From sequence record NC_034625.1: a DNA stretch of 32,735 nucleotides, one strand, 5' to 3'. Position numbers and translations under genes: made by a program. Every line of letters starts with the position of its first letter. The stretch's first letter is position 1. Below the pieces are notes generated by a model. The model saw only the letters and a list, made by a program, of their open reading frames with translations. It was not told where the DNA came from and did no database searches. Positions 18,701 through 26,898 of the stretch are shown piece after piece.

Positions 18701-18978
18701 TATCAAATCCAACACAATTATTGCAAAAAGTATTTAGTGAATTTCAAGTTCCTAGTGATTTACAAAATACTTATCTTGAGTATGCAATAAATAGAAGAGT
18801 TAGGACATATGTAAGCGAAATAATCTCAACAATCAGTTTATTATTTGAGAAAGGCAAAATTGACTTAGGAACTGCTCAATCTTATTTACAACAACTACAG
18901 AAATATGGATTAACAAATGACGAAATTCAATTAATAATCCTCAATTGGCAGTTACGTTCAAATTTGTCAAGTTCATAA
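15793..18978 (+). CDS. Terminal fibre / largest virion protein, 1061 aa (SIRV2 ORF1070-like)
   Basis: Size; amphipathic helical N-terminus; repeated A/V-x-x-x-L-x-x-LG helical units. Confidence 0.88.
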   Translation: MSFLLNLGDLGTFFSDELTALENFANFLSSDFINFFSAVVNDIENVVSFLGQAISDIPTFMQKIANNFLTILQNFVQTAIPVVSGFLTFLEQQIINVFQDLSSLASTFINDAYSFLQGVVNAFANLISTIVQDFLNNFGQNMKHISSAISQVTQFLTPFIAPVTLGKFLPAIIDKLAEILPEVEIDLAPVGLGGKIPINFGEIVKAFAETSVDFLNEVRQEIQTTLKEFIKEPFISDFKITAREIFNEIGLGDLPFADPPFTQIAKWVGSRSFSEIKDHLRETIYLTGFPAWFTDAYLESPVDDFIPRNPLFRPVNIRDVILASQYGILDFSAVSQYAENNLITPKTAKLMYQNETARLLQRAVEEGIRQFIVSPEKAYQEIIQNVNLAGKDLFLKVFSLEYNYAVQRIVRQFLRSLLSRALTNFGRPYIDLKFLESTVQKLFKELNYPEEVQNVFNIMIEQSQIVYTNQLLLSQLEQITKLGIFDEKKVKAELKANNFNEQIALTILQYELQYVQLQYILKELQFKLQNYIISTKDAENQLKKLGFDSSIISEIIFEYQTAPLTKYQISQIESLARKGYLSVDEIKKQLHSLGVIKEFEDIFINYTSQEIQISTTLSIVKEQLRNFLIDSKTVENELKVLKINDYLINEIIQEEYNINIAKLQLSYLETLAKNLYYDQAQLSNELSKILKDKTAIDLYVQRFYYEYVFPKIVNYYVSLARHGIIGNIKNLPKEIVDYEINPQIQIFQLTTELEYIKSLLKDLQITPTNAENELIKLGMQKDLANLFVQTYIPTLYSLHTIIGNIVNGQLFKVGKVPVNLGNAESQLRQLGIPESQIKILLEQYASSFGLEIWRKYLPSLSVIETAIKYNYPEKQLIDYSFIPSEFLNLYSNLYQYELIGQYVQSLKTDYVQLLVYGVQNIQLESIMKQYGINEVLLGVLKLSAQIKKILTAYQELYLTPSKALSISEYVSNPTQLLQKVFSEFQVPSDLQNTYLEYAINRRVRTYVSEIISTISLLFEKGKIDLGTAQSYLQQLQKYGLTNDEIQLIILNWQLRSNLSSS

Positions 18979-18988
18979 ACTATAACTC

Positions 18989-19804
18989 ATGAGTGTAAAC
19001 CTCTGTAAATATGAAGCAGAAAATATATCATTTAAAGATTTAGAAAAGTTAAAAGATAATATATATTATGAAATTAAATATGATGGAACTCATGTCTGTT
19101 TAAAATTTGAGAATGAGCTAAAGATTCATACAAGAAAAGATATACCTCATGACAAAACTTTTCAAGAACTTTTTTTGAAAGTTCCAAATATTGAGGAAAT
19201 TATAAATTATATAAAGAAAAATAATCAATATATAATACATGGGGAACTTATACATAAAAAGACATCAGCATTACAGATTCACAAAAATGAAACTCCGGAA
19301 TTTATAATTTATGATGTCTTTGACAAAGAAAGTAACAAATATTTAAAACCAACTGAAGTTGATAGCGAAATTTATGCATGGTATCCAGAAATTTGTTTAG
19401 ATTTAGATGATTTACTTGATATTATAACTAAAGAAAAACTTGAAGGTTTAGTAGCTAAAATCTATAATCCGAAATTTGCAAATTGTGAAGAAGGCAAAAA
19501 CTTCAACTTATGTCTCTACAAATATAAACCTTATTTTTCAACTTTAGGAGTAATATTCAAGCCTATTAGAAGGGAAATTGATGTTAGACAATTATCATTT
19601 TTATTAGGAGAAATTGATAATGATTTAAAGAATAATAAAGATGAATGGTATAGAAATCATCCAGAACTTTATAAATTCTTTATCGAAAATAAAGATAAAA
19701 TAATATCTATTTTACAGAATAAGAATTTTGAATTACAAATTGAAAAAAATACACATTTAGACATTAAGAAAATTAAAGAATATATTACAAATTTCAAAAG
19801 ATAA
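18989..19804 (+). CDS. ATP-dependent ligase-superfamily nucleotidyltransferase, 271 aa, no OB domain
   Basis: Motif I EIKYDG, Ia HTR, III IIHGEL, IIIa FIIYDV, IV EGLVAK, V LYKYK; then a ~90-aa helical tail. Confidence 0.85.
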   Translation: MSVNLCKYEAENISFKDLEKLKDNIYYEIKYDGTHVCLKFENELKIHTRKDIPHDKTFQELFLKVPNIEEIINYIKKNNQYIIHGELIHKKTSALQIHKNETPEFIIYDVFDKESNKYLKPTEVDSEIYAWYPEICLDLDDLLDIITKEKLEGLVAKIYNPKFANCEEGKNFNLCLYKYKPYFSTLGVIFKPIRREIDVRQLSFLLGEIDNDLKNNKDEWYRNHPELYKFFIENKDKIISILQNKNFELQIEKNTHLDIKKIKEYITNFKR

Positions 19805-19823
19805 CAACATTTAGACCAAGCCA

Positions 19824-19862
19824 TATACATAATATTATGTATAAGCTATGTGTGTTTATTTC
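19824..19862 (+). promoter_or_regulatory. Class-3 promoter with perfect 20-bp palindrome
   Basis: TATACATAATATTATGTATA (19824-19843), TTTATTT at 19855, ATG at 19886. Confidence 0.8.
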
Positions 19863-19885
19863 TGTCAAGTTAATAATTTTTTCAT

Positions 19886-21586
19886 ATGAGCTTACCATAT
19901 AAAGTACGTTTTAAGTTACCGTTAGAATTTCTAACGTTACAAGACTGGAATAATTTTGTGCAAAATTTGTTATTTATAAATCAATATGGTTCAGCAAAGC
20001 TATTACAATATTATCAAAATGGGAATTTTCAAAATCTAAATGATGTAATTGCTGACTATTTATTTGTTTCAGCTTTAAAAGTAGCTGGATATAATGTTCT
20101 TCATAATTTATCACAACCACAAGCTTATACATTTGGGGAAGGAAAACAACAGCCATTTGAAAGCATGGCAAATAAACCAATAATTCAACTGAAGTCTGTA
20201 ATATTTCCAATTCTAAATTTTCAGATACAATTATCTAAAGTTAGTAAACAATTACAGCTACTAATTCCTAAACTAACAAGTAAAATTATAACTCCAAACC
20301 AAATTGCTGGAACACAATTCCAATTTTCTGGAACTTCAAATGTACAAACATTAATAGAAGATTATTTAGATCCATCGTATTTACAAACTTGGAGAGAAAT
20401 AATAATACAAAATCTTGGAACTTCTGCAGTTCAAATTAATAATTCTATCTATCTAATGCCTAAAAATTGTTTAAAAATAACTGCAAGTTCACCAAGTGAA
20501 ATTCAACTAACTGCTCAAACTCCAACTTTGCTAAGTGAAGAAATTGAATTTGTTGGAATTCCAATTGTTACTTATACAATTACAATAACAAATAGTCAGC
20601 CAGATCCAACTCCTTCACCATTTCAACAATTACTTCAACTTAATCTTTCTTCAATATTATCGAGTCCAAGTCAGCTTTTGAATTTACAATTTTGCTTAGA
20701 TGTTAATTGTAATACTCCATTATATGCATGGATTGAAAGTTATACTTCTAATTTATCAAATGTTTATATTTGGGTAAATTTGCCAACTTCAATACCAGCA
20801 AATTCATCAATTACAATTTATATGTTTATAAGAAATTCAATTCAGTATCCTTATACTGGAATGAGACCAGATTTATCCGTGAGTTATGCACAATATGATA
20901 ATGGAAAAAATATATTTTTAATTTATTTCAACGGAAATGAACCATTATCTAATTTTAATAATCAAGGAAATTCATTAACTCAAATATCTACAACCGGACC
21001 GTTAGGAAATACAATAAATGCAATTTATATAAGCGGTTATAATTCACATTTTGGATTTGTATATACTCCCAAATATATATCAAATCAGCCAGTAATTGCA
21101 GAATCATCTGTAATAGATTTAGGAAATCAAACAGGTGGATTAAATGCAGATAATGGATTTTCTTCAATTGTTGATAGTACTTCAATTTCTAGTTTAAATG
21201 CAATAAGTGTAGATATGGGGTATTCTGGTTCTTATTTTTCTAATGATTACTTTATAAGTGGAACTCAAACTTCCAATGTAAACCCAGCAGGAACTGCAGT
21301 ATCACAGTGGCTTTATGCATGGGTCGTATATTCTGGATCATCAAGTACTTCATGGTATGGATGTATAGCACCTCAACTTTACAGTTCTTCAGGAGGATAT
21401 TGTGGTACAGTTGGCAATAATCCATTTTCTAGTTCTTCTCAACTATATTTAGGTATAATTGGTAGTGTAAATTCTAGTTATCAATGGCAAACTGCATGGA
21501 ATTTTATGAGGTTAAGAGCTTATCCTCCAAATAACGTAATGCCTTCAAATTCTCAACCACAAAAGACAATAGTTCTAGTCACGTGA
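19886..21586 (+). CDS. Minor virion protein, 566 aa (SIRV2 ORF564-like) with DUF2341-like domain
   Basis: YTITITNSQP...PLYAWIE...IWVNLP.SIPANSSITIYM is the DUF2341-type pattern; S/T/N-rich beta C-terminus. Confidence 0.8.
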   Translation: MSLPYKVRFKLPLEFLTLQDWNNFVQNLLFINQYGSAKLLQYYQNGNFQNLNDVIADYLFVSALKVAGYNVLHNLSQPQAYTFGEGKQQPFESMANKPIIQLKSVIFPILNFQIQLSKVSKQLQLLIPKLTSKIITPNQIAGTQFQFSGTSNVQTLIEDYLDPSYLQTWREIIIQNLGTSAVQINNSIYLMPKNCLKITASSPSEIQLTAQTPTLLSEEIEFVGIPIVTYTITITNSQPDPTPSPFQQLLQLNLSSILSSPSQLLNLQFCLDVNCNTPLYAWIESYTSNLSNVYIWVNLPTSIPANSSITIYMFIRNSIQYPYTGMRPDLSVSYAQYDNGKNIFLIYFNGNEPLSNFNNQGNSLTQISTTGPLGNTINAIYISGYNSHFGFVYTPKYISNQPVIAESSVIDLGNQTGGLNADNGFSSIVDSTSISSLNAISVDMGYSGSYFSNDYFISGTQTSNVNPAGTAVSQWLYAWVVYSGSSSTSWYGCIAPQLYSSSGGYCGTVGNNPFSSSSQLYLGIIGSVNSSYQWQTAWNFMRLRAYPPNNVMPSNSQPQKTIVLVT

Positions 21587-21594
21587 GGTCAAAC

Positions 21595-21759
21595 ATGATG
21601 TTCTTTAATTCAAAATTAAGTTCATTCGGCTTTAATTCAGAATTTAAAAATCTCCAGATTTGCCTCATACCGAACAAGTGCAATTTTGGAATTGATAATA
21701 TAAAAATTATGAATATAGTTTTAAATCATTTATTCAAAATTAAGCACGTAGTGATGTAA
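21595..21759 (+). CDS. Possible 54-aa peptide (not in ORF track)
   Basis: SD GAGGT overlapping the upstream stop; ORF MMFFNSKLSSFGFNSEFKNLQICLIPNKC...HVVM exactly fills the gap, but also contains the next gene's TATA. Confidence 0.3.
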   Translation: MMFFNSKLSSFGFNSEFKNLQICLIPNKCNFGIDNIKIMNIVLNHLFKIKHVVM

Positions 21760-21761
21760 AA

Positions 21762-23297
21762 ATGTCTTCAACTTACTGCGTTCAATTACCAGAAAATCTT
21801 TTATTATTATCTATGACTACAGTAAATCCTATAAACTTTACATCTTTGCAATTTTCATTAAGCGTAAATTCGCTAGTTATATTTCTATTCTCAAAATATC
21901 CTTTTAATTCTGGTTATTACAATAATTTTTGTATAAATCAAGATGAGTTTGGATTTGCACAAGTTGGACAAACTTTCAATATAGATCTATCAAATTATCA
22001 AGGATATTATATGCTAATTTTAATTTATCCACAAGGAATTAATTTAAAGAGTTCTAAAAGTTGTGTCTCGATTCAAGGTTTAACTATGACTTTTCAGAAT
22101 ACAACAATTTCACCAATTACAAGTGAAACTGTAATTAACAATTTTGATGGTCAAGAAGAAACCGGATTTTGTACATGTTATGATGGTCAAAGTCATGTAA
22201 TAGAAATTCTATGTAATAATTCAAATTATGTTTCTGCTATTTTATTAAATAATTTAAATAATCAATTACTAATAATGACTTGTCAAGGATTTGTATATGA
22301 AAATAATACAACTGTAGGATTTATAACGCCAAGTACATGTGGTACTTTTGGTTCATATTTAACAGCAGAAATAACATTTATTGCAAATCAATCAGTTATA
22401 GATTTTCTAAATAATAATAATATCTCTTATAATATTTTATCATCTACTGAATGTCAACCAACTTATAAATTATTACCATGTACTTTACCATGTAAATCGT
22501 TTTACCAAATTACAAAATTATTATCTCCACCAACTAAATATTCTATAATATCTTCAAAATTATGGAATGAAATTGTACAAGACCTATATCTAACTTATAG
22601 TGTATTTAAATATATTAATTATTTAACACAATATGCATATTTAGACTATATATATCCTACAATTTTAGACTTTTATAATTTTTATGAAAACTTTCAACCA
22701 TATCCATTTACTCAATTATTGTATGCACAAAAAGGAATTCCATTAACTGTAAACGATTTTAACAAATTAATAGATGCAATTGTAAAATTAGCAAATGAAA
22801 ATGATATAAAATTGAAAAAAGGACTTTCTTATGTTCAGCGTGATCAAGTCGTAAGAGCTTCACAATTTGCAAATATAGTTTATAATGTTAATCAATTTCT
22901 AACTTTTAATTATAATCAATATTTTCTATTAGATTGTAATGGATCAATTTTCTCGAATTTATTGAATAAACAAAATGCATTTTTAAATGTCATAATTAAT
23001 AATTTAGTAACTTCACTTAATATTCCTTCAAACGTTTATATTAAAAACTTATTAATATATACTTCAAATCAAACTATTTATAATTATGGTGTAATAGATA
23101 AATTAATAATTAATATTAATAACGGCGAAATTTATCTTAATGGAAATTCATTTATAAATTTTCTACTTATAACTGACAATAATAATAATATTTATGTAAA
23201 TGATAATTCAGTAATAAACAATTTAATTTGTATTAGTAATACTGGCACTATAAATATCTCATCAAATGCAATAATTAAAAATAATCAATGTGCTTAA
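21762..23297 (+). CDS. 511-aa putative virion/fibre-associated protein
   Basis: Cys-containing beta-rich N-half, WNEIVQDL-type helical motifs and an Asn/Ile-rich C-terminal repeat suggestive of a beta-helix. Confidence 0.7.
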   Translation: MSSTYCVQLPENLLLLSMTTVNPINFTSLQFSLSVNSLVIFLFSKYPFNSGYYNNFCINQDEFGFAQVGQTFNIDLSNYQGYYMLILIYPQGINLKSSKSCVSIQGLTMTFQNTTISPITSETVINNFDGQEETGFCTCYDGQSHVIEILCNNSNYVSAILLNNLNNQLLIMTCQGFVYENNTTVGFITPSTCGTFGSYLTAEITFIANQSVIDFLNNNNISYNILSSTECQPTYKLLPCTLPCKSFYQITKLLSPPTKYSIISSKLWNEIVQDLYLTYSVFKYINYLTQYAYLDYIYPTILDFYNFYENFQPYPFTQLLYAQKGIPLTVNDFNKLIDAIVKLANENDIKLKKGLSYVQRDQVVRASQFANIVYNVNQFLTFNYNQYFLLDCNGSIFSNLLNKQNAFLNVIINNLVTSLNIPSNVYIKNLLIYTSNQTIYNYGVIDKLIININNGEIYLNGNSFINFLLITDNNNNIYVNDNSVINNLICISNTGTINISSNAIIKNNQCA

Positions 23298-23366
23298 TAT
23301 AGAACTTTTACATATTCGGTTTTAATTTTAAATTAAAAAGTTCTAAATTTGACCTCATAATGCTCT

Positions 23367-23849
23367 TCATAATTTACAAAATATAAATTCTTTATTATCA
23401 TCAGTTATAAAAGTTAGAACTGTACCGTATAATTTTCGCATTAAATCAAATCTGTTTTCTGTCCATTCATGAATAGCTATACAATATTGTTTGTATTTTT
23501 GTAATTGAGAAAAATCAAGTTTACTTTCGCATCCCTCACAATCCATAACTAAAATATCAGCATTTGGATATTCTTTTCCAGTCCATTCGCCGTAAACTTC
23601 AACTTTATCACATATTTGAAATTCTTTACAAACTTTTTCTTTAAATCTTTTATTCAGCTCATCACTTTTTTCATAACCAATTATTTTCTTTGCACCTTTA
23701 AGAAGAAAATACAAAGCAGAACTTCCACAATCATTTCCAATTATTATAATTGTTTTATTTTCAACTTGCAATTTTCCATATGCATAATCAAACTCATGCC
23801 AATAACAACACTCTAATTTACAAAAATAATCTTTATAATTTATACTCAT
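23367..23849 (-). CDS. SAM-dependent methyltransferase (FkbM-like)
   Basis: IIIIGNDCGSSALYFLLKGAKKIIGYE (motif I/II) and ILVMDCEGCE; SD GAGGT upstream. Confidence 0.85.
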   Translation of the reverse strand: MSINYKDYFCKLECCYWHEFDYAYGKLQVENKTIIIIGNDCGSSALYFLLKGAKKIIGYEKSDELNKRFKEKVCKEFQICDKVEVYGEWTGKEYPNADILVMDCEGCESKLDFSQLQKYKQYCIAIHEWTENRFDLMRKLYGTVLTFITDDNKEFIFCKL

Positions 23850-23851
23850 GA

Positions 23852-24655
23852 TTAAATGACCTCAAACAAAGCATAAACTTTAGCTTTCCCGGTAGCCCAT
23901 GCGTAAACATTTGCAGGATTATTTACATGTATTTCTAAACTATCATTTGGCAAAATTGGGAAATTATTGTATAGATTATTGCCAATGTAAACTATGTAAT
24001 TACTTAAATTCTGTAATATTATTCTAACAGTTTCTATGGATGGACCAGAATATAAAGGACTAGGAGTTGTGGAAACATCTAATTGTAGACCTTCTATAGT
24101 CGGCGGTGATAAATACAAACTTAATTTATTTATTGTATTAGCTAAACCAACTGTAGCTAAATATACATAGTCAAGTACATATTCTATAGAATTCGCAATA
24201 ACATAAATTGCATTTTGTAATGAAATTCCTAATTTTTTAGAAATTGAATTTATCAAAATATAAAATGACTCATAAAAGTTATCAAAATTTTGTGTAAGTG
24301 TATTACTAATTTGATTAGGTAATTTGATAATTGAGTAATATAATTGTTCATTTGAATATAAAATTAAATTTATTTGTTGTTGAGCAGTTGAAATAAATCC
24401 AGCGATATAAATTGGATCTAGTTCTGTTAAAACTGGTTGTCCAGCTATATAAATTTCATCATAGAAAAATCCAGAACTAGCATTTATTGAACCTGGAATT
24501 GTTAAATTTCCATTTTTTAGAATTGAAGTAACTGCATTTCCACCAGTCTCATACAATTGAATAAGTAAAAGTGATGCAGTATTCCACATGGAAGAAGTCA
24601 ATCTCTGAAATGGTGAAGCTAACAAACTTGAAATTGAAGCATATGTAATGCTCAT
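23852..24655 (-). CDS. 267-aa protein (SIRV2 ORF269-like), probably virion-associated
   Basis: Class-3 promoter (24698-24717); shares motifs with the 566-aa protein. Confidence 0.75.
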   Translation of the reverse strand: MSITYASISSLLASPFQRLTSSMWNTASLLLIQLYETGGNAVTSILKNGNLTIPGSINASSGFFYDEIYIAGQPVLTELDPIYIAGFISTAQQQINLILYSNEQLYYSIIKLPNQISNTLTQNFDNFYESFYILINSISKKLGISLQNAIYVIANSIEYVLDYVYLATVGLANTINKLSLYLSPPTIEGLQLDVSTTPSPLYSGPSIETVRIILQNLSNYIVYIGNNLYNNFPILPNDSLEIHVNNPANVYAWATGKAKVYALFEVI

Positions 24656-24786
24656 ATGTTTATATACTTAAATTGTAGTAAAAATAAACTCATAGCTTAT
24701 ATATCATATTATGTATATAGCTTGATCTAATTGATCTTATAACGAATTAGCAATATTTTAATTTGTCATGAACTTGAGAAATAATT

Positions 24787-25392
24787 ATGAAAATCTTTAC
24801 TTTTGTTGGATTTACAAAACATCTGGAAGAACTAGATTTTGATTATGTTGTAGTAGATAGAACTTTTAATGATTTAACTCCCCAGTTAATCGATAAATAT
24901 TCAGATAAAATAATATGGAATGAGACAAATAGTAATGTAAGATGGATCAGAATTGCTAAACAATTACTTAAAATTCTAGAAGTAGTTAAAGATTTAGATG
25001 ATGATATATTTGCGATAATTGATAGTGATCTAATTGTTCCAAAAATTAGAGAAATTGATCCACAAAATAAAATTTTAACGCTTTGTTATTGGCTTTATTA
25101 CGAGTGGGCTAATGAAATAAGACCTTTCTGCTCTGGAACAAATTACATATTTAATAAAAAACATATCGTAATTTTAGAAACTGCAATAAATGTTTATTTA
25201 GAAAAAGAATATTATAAAGAATTTCCAGTGGATATATTTCTACATGACCATATTTTGCATATAAATATATTAAAATTAGGAACTATACATTATGTAAAAA
25301 CTCCTGAAGGTGAGAAAAAAATGGAATTTACATTTAACGATATAAATCAAGTATTTAAACATATTCCAGAATTTGTTTTAATATCTTGGTGA
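24787..25392 (+). CDS. GT-A-like glycosyltransferase, 201 aa
   Basis: YVVVD strand and hydrophobic-DxD motif FAIIDSD; operon with the next glycosyltransferase. Confidence 0.7.
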   Translation: MKIFTFVGFTKHLEELDFDYVVVDRTFNDLTPQLIDKYSDKIIWNETNSNVRWIRIAKQLLKILEVVKDLDDDIFAIIDSDLIVPKIREIDPQNKILTLCYWLYYEWANEIRPFCSGTNYIFNKKHIVILETAINVYLEKEYYKEFPVDIFLHDHILHINILKLGTIHYVKTPEGEKKMEFTFNDINQVFKHIPEFVLISW

Positions 25393-25399
25393 TATTTAA

Positions 25400-26464
25400 T
25401 TGGAAAAACCGATTTATTACGTTTACCCTCAGCACCATGACGTTTCATTCAAATTTGTGGCTAAAGAACATATTAAAATGTTGAGAGAAAAATATACAGT
25501 TTACGAAATTCCAGCATTATCTTTCTATCAATTTACACCTTTCAAATATCCAATTTCTATAATTCACCCATTCTTCTATAGCATATGGCACTGGGGAAAA
25601 GTTGAATTTTCTTTCTTTGAACAGTATAGAAGCCGAGTTTCAGCAATTGTAGGAGTTGAAGTAGCTGACAGTGATAGAATTTCAGAAAAATTCATAGATT
25701 ATGCTAATAATTATGCTGATAGATTAATTGGAAATTCAGAATGGACTATAAACGCTTTTAAAAATTCTGGACTAAAAATTCCAATTTTCAAAGTTGTTCA
25801 TAATTTCAATTCTAGATTATTGGCAAAAGATAATGAGTTAAAAGTTGATGAACAAGTTAAATATATTGAAAAAGTTAAAAATGAGAAGAAAATTAAATTG
25901 ATATTTATTTCACTTTGGCATTCTGATTTTAGAAAAGGAGCGGATTTATTTCATAATATTGCTAAAGAAATACAAAAAGAAAGAGACGACATTTATTTTT
26001 TAGTTAAATCTGGAGGGCCAAGGACAGATTTTCAAGATTTGAGAATGTTTAATTTGACTGGAAATACAGATTTTGACAATATTGTTAAAATGTATAGAAT
26101 TTCTGACTTATATTTGTTGCCTTCAAGAGGCGGAAGTTTTGAACTTAATGGACTAGAGGCATTCATTTCCAAAATTCCGACAATTGCCACAAAAGGTGGT
26201 GCATGGGAAGAATATTTTCCTAACAATTTAAAAGATTTATTAGTAGATTCTTGTAGATTTCCAGATGTTCTTTGGAATAATCCAATTCATATTGGACAAG
26301 GAGTAGAAATGTGCATAAATAACGCAATAGAAAAAATCTTAGAAGTTCTAGATAAACTAGATGATTATAAAGCAAAAATTGAAGAAAACTATAACTTTTG
26401 GCTAGAAAACTTTAGTTATGAAACTGTAAAAAAACAATTATTTAACGCTTTGACTTTTACTTAA
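25400..26464 (+). CDS. GT-B (GT4-like) glycosyltransferase, 354 aa
   Basis: RKGADL and LLPSRGGSFELNGLEAFISKIPTI; TTG start with SD GGTGA. Confidence 0.92.
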   Translation: MEKPIYYVYPQHHDVSFKFVAKEHIKMLREKYTVYEIPALSFYQFTPFKYPISIIHPFFYSIWHWGKVEFSFFEQYRSRVSAIVGVEVADSDRISEKFIDYANNYADRLIGNSEWTINAFKNSGLKIPIFKVVHNFNSRLLAKDNELKVDEQVKYIEKVKNEKKIKLIFISLWHSDFRKGADLFHNIAKEIQKERDDIYFLVKSGGPRTDFQDLRMFNLTGNTDFDNIVKMYRISDLYLLPSRGGSFELNGLEAFISKIPTIATKGGAWEEYFPNNLKDLLVDSCRFPDVLWNNPIHIGQGVEMCINNAIEKILEVLDKLDDYKAKIEENYNFWLENFSYETVKKQLFNALTFT

Positions 26465-26809
26465 AAAATCATAAATTTTTAGTAATGCTTCAATATTTTC
26501 TTCTCTCTTTAACTTCTTTATCTCTCTTATTATTTCATCATAAATATTATTAATTTTAATCAGTTCTAAAACTTCCTTAATTAGTAAAATTGAAAATCTA
26601 TGAGATTGTTGAACTATAACATAAATTTTTCTTGCTAATTTTTCAGCATCAAATTTATCATATTCAATTGAAAGTTCAACATCTGAATATTTTGCGGTAA
26701 CATTATTTTCATAAAGAGTCAAAAAAAGTTTATATTTGTCTTCTACAATTACTTCAGCTTGATTATCATTTATCTTAACTATCACGTTTTCTCTTAACTT
26801 AAACTCCAT
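26438..26809 (-). CDS. 123-aa hypothetical protein
   Basis: ORF track (start 26818 or ATG 26809); class-2 promoter at 26834-26846. Confidence 0.7.
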   Translation of the reverse strand: MEFKLRENVIVKINDNQAEVIVEDKYKLFLTLYENNVTAKYSDVELSIEYDKFDAEKLARKIYVIVQQSHRFSILLIKEVLELIKINNIYDEIIREIKKLKREENIEALLKIYDFLSKSQSVK

Positions 26810-26898
26810 GTCTATCAATATAATATATATTTTATGACATATTTATTTCTTTAAATTTCGAGTAAATCTTAAATTGGTCATAATGTAGGAGCTATGAT

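Noticed and set aside
18989-19804. Calling the ligase a standard replicative DNA ligase
   Set aside because: No OB or DNA-binding domain is recognisable, so the substrate cannot be assigned from sequence.
21582-21668. C/D-box sRNA, or a minus-strand 29-aa peptide, in the 566/511 intergenic region
   Set aside because: C-like and D-like boxes fall on opposite strands, and the matching minus ORF in the second repeat copy is frameshifted.
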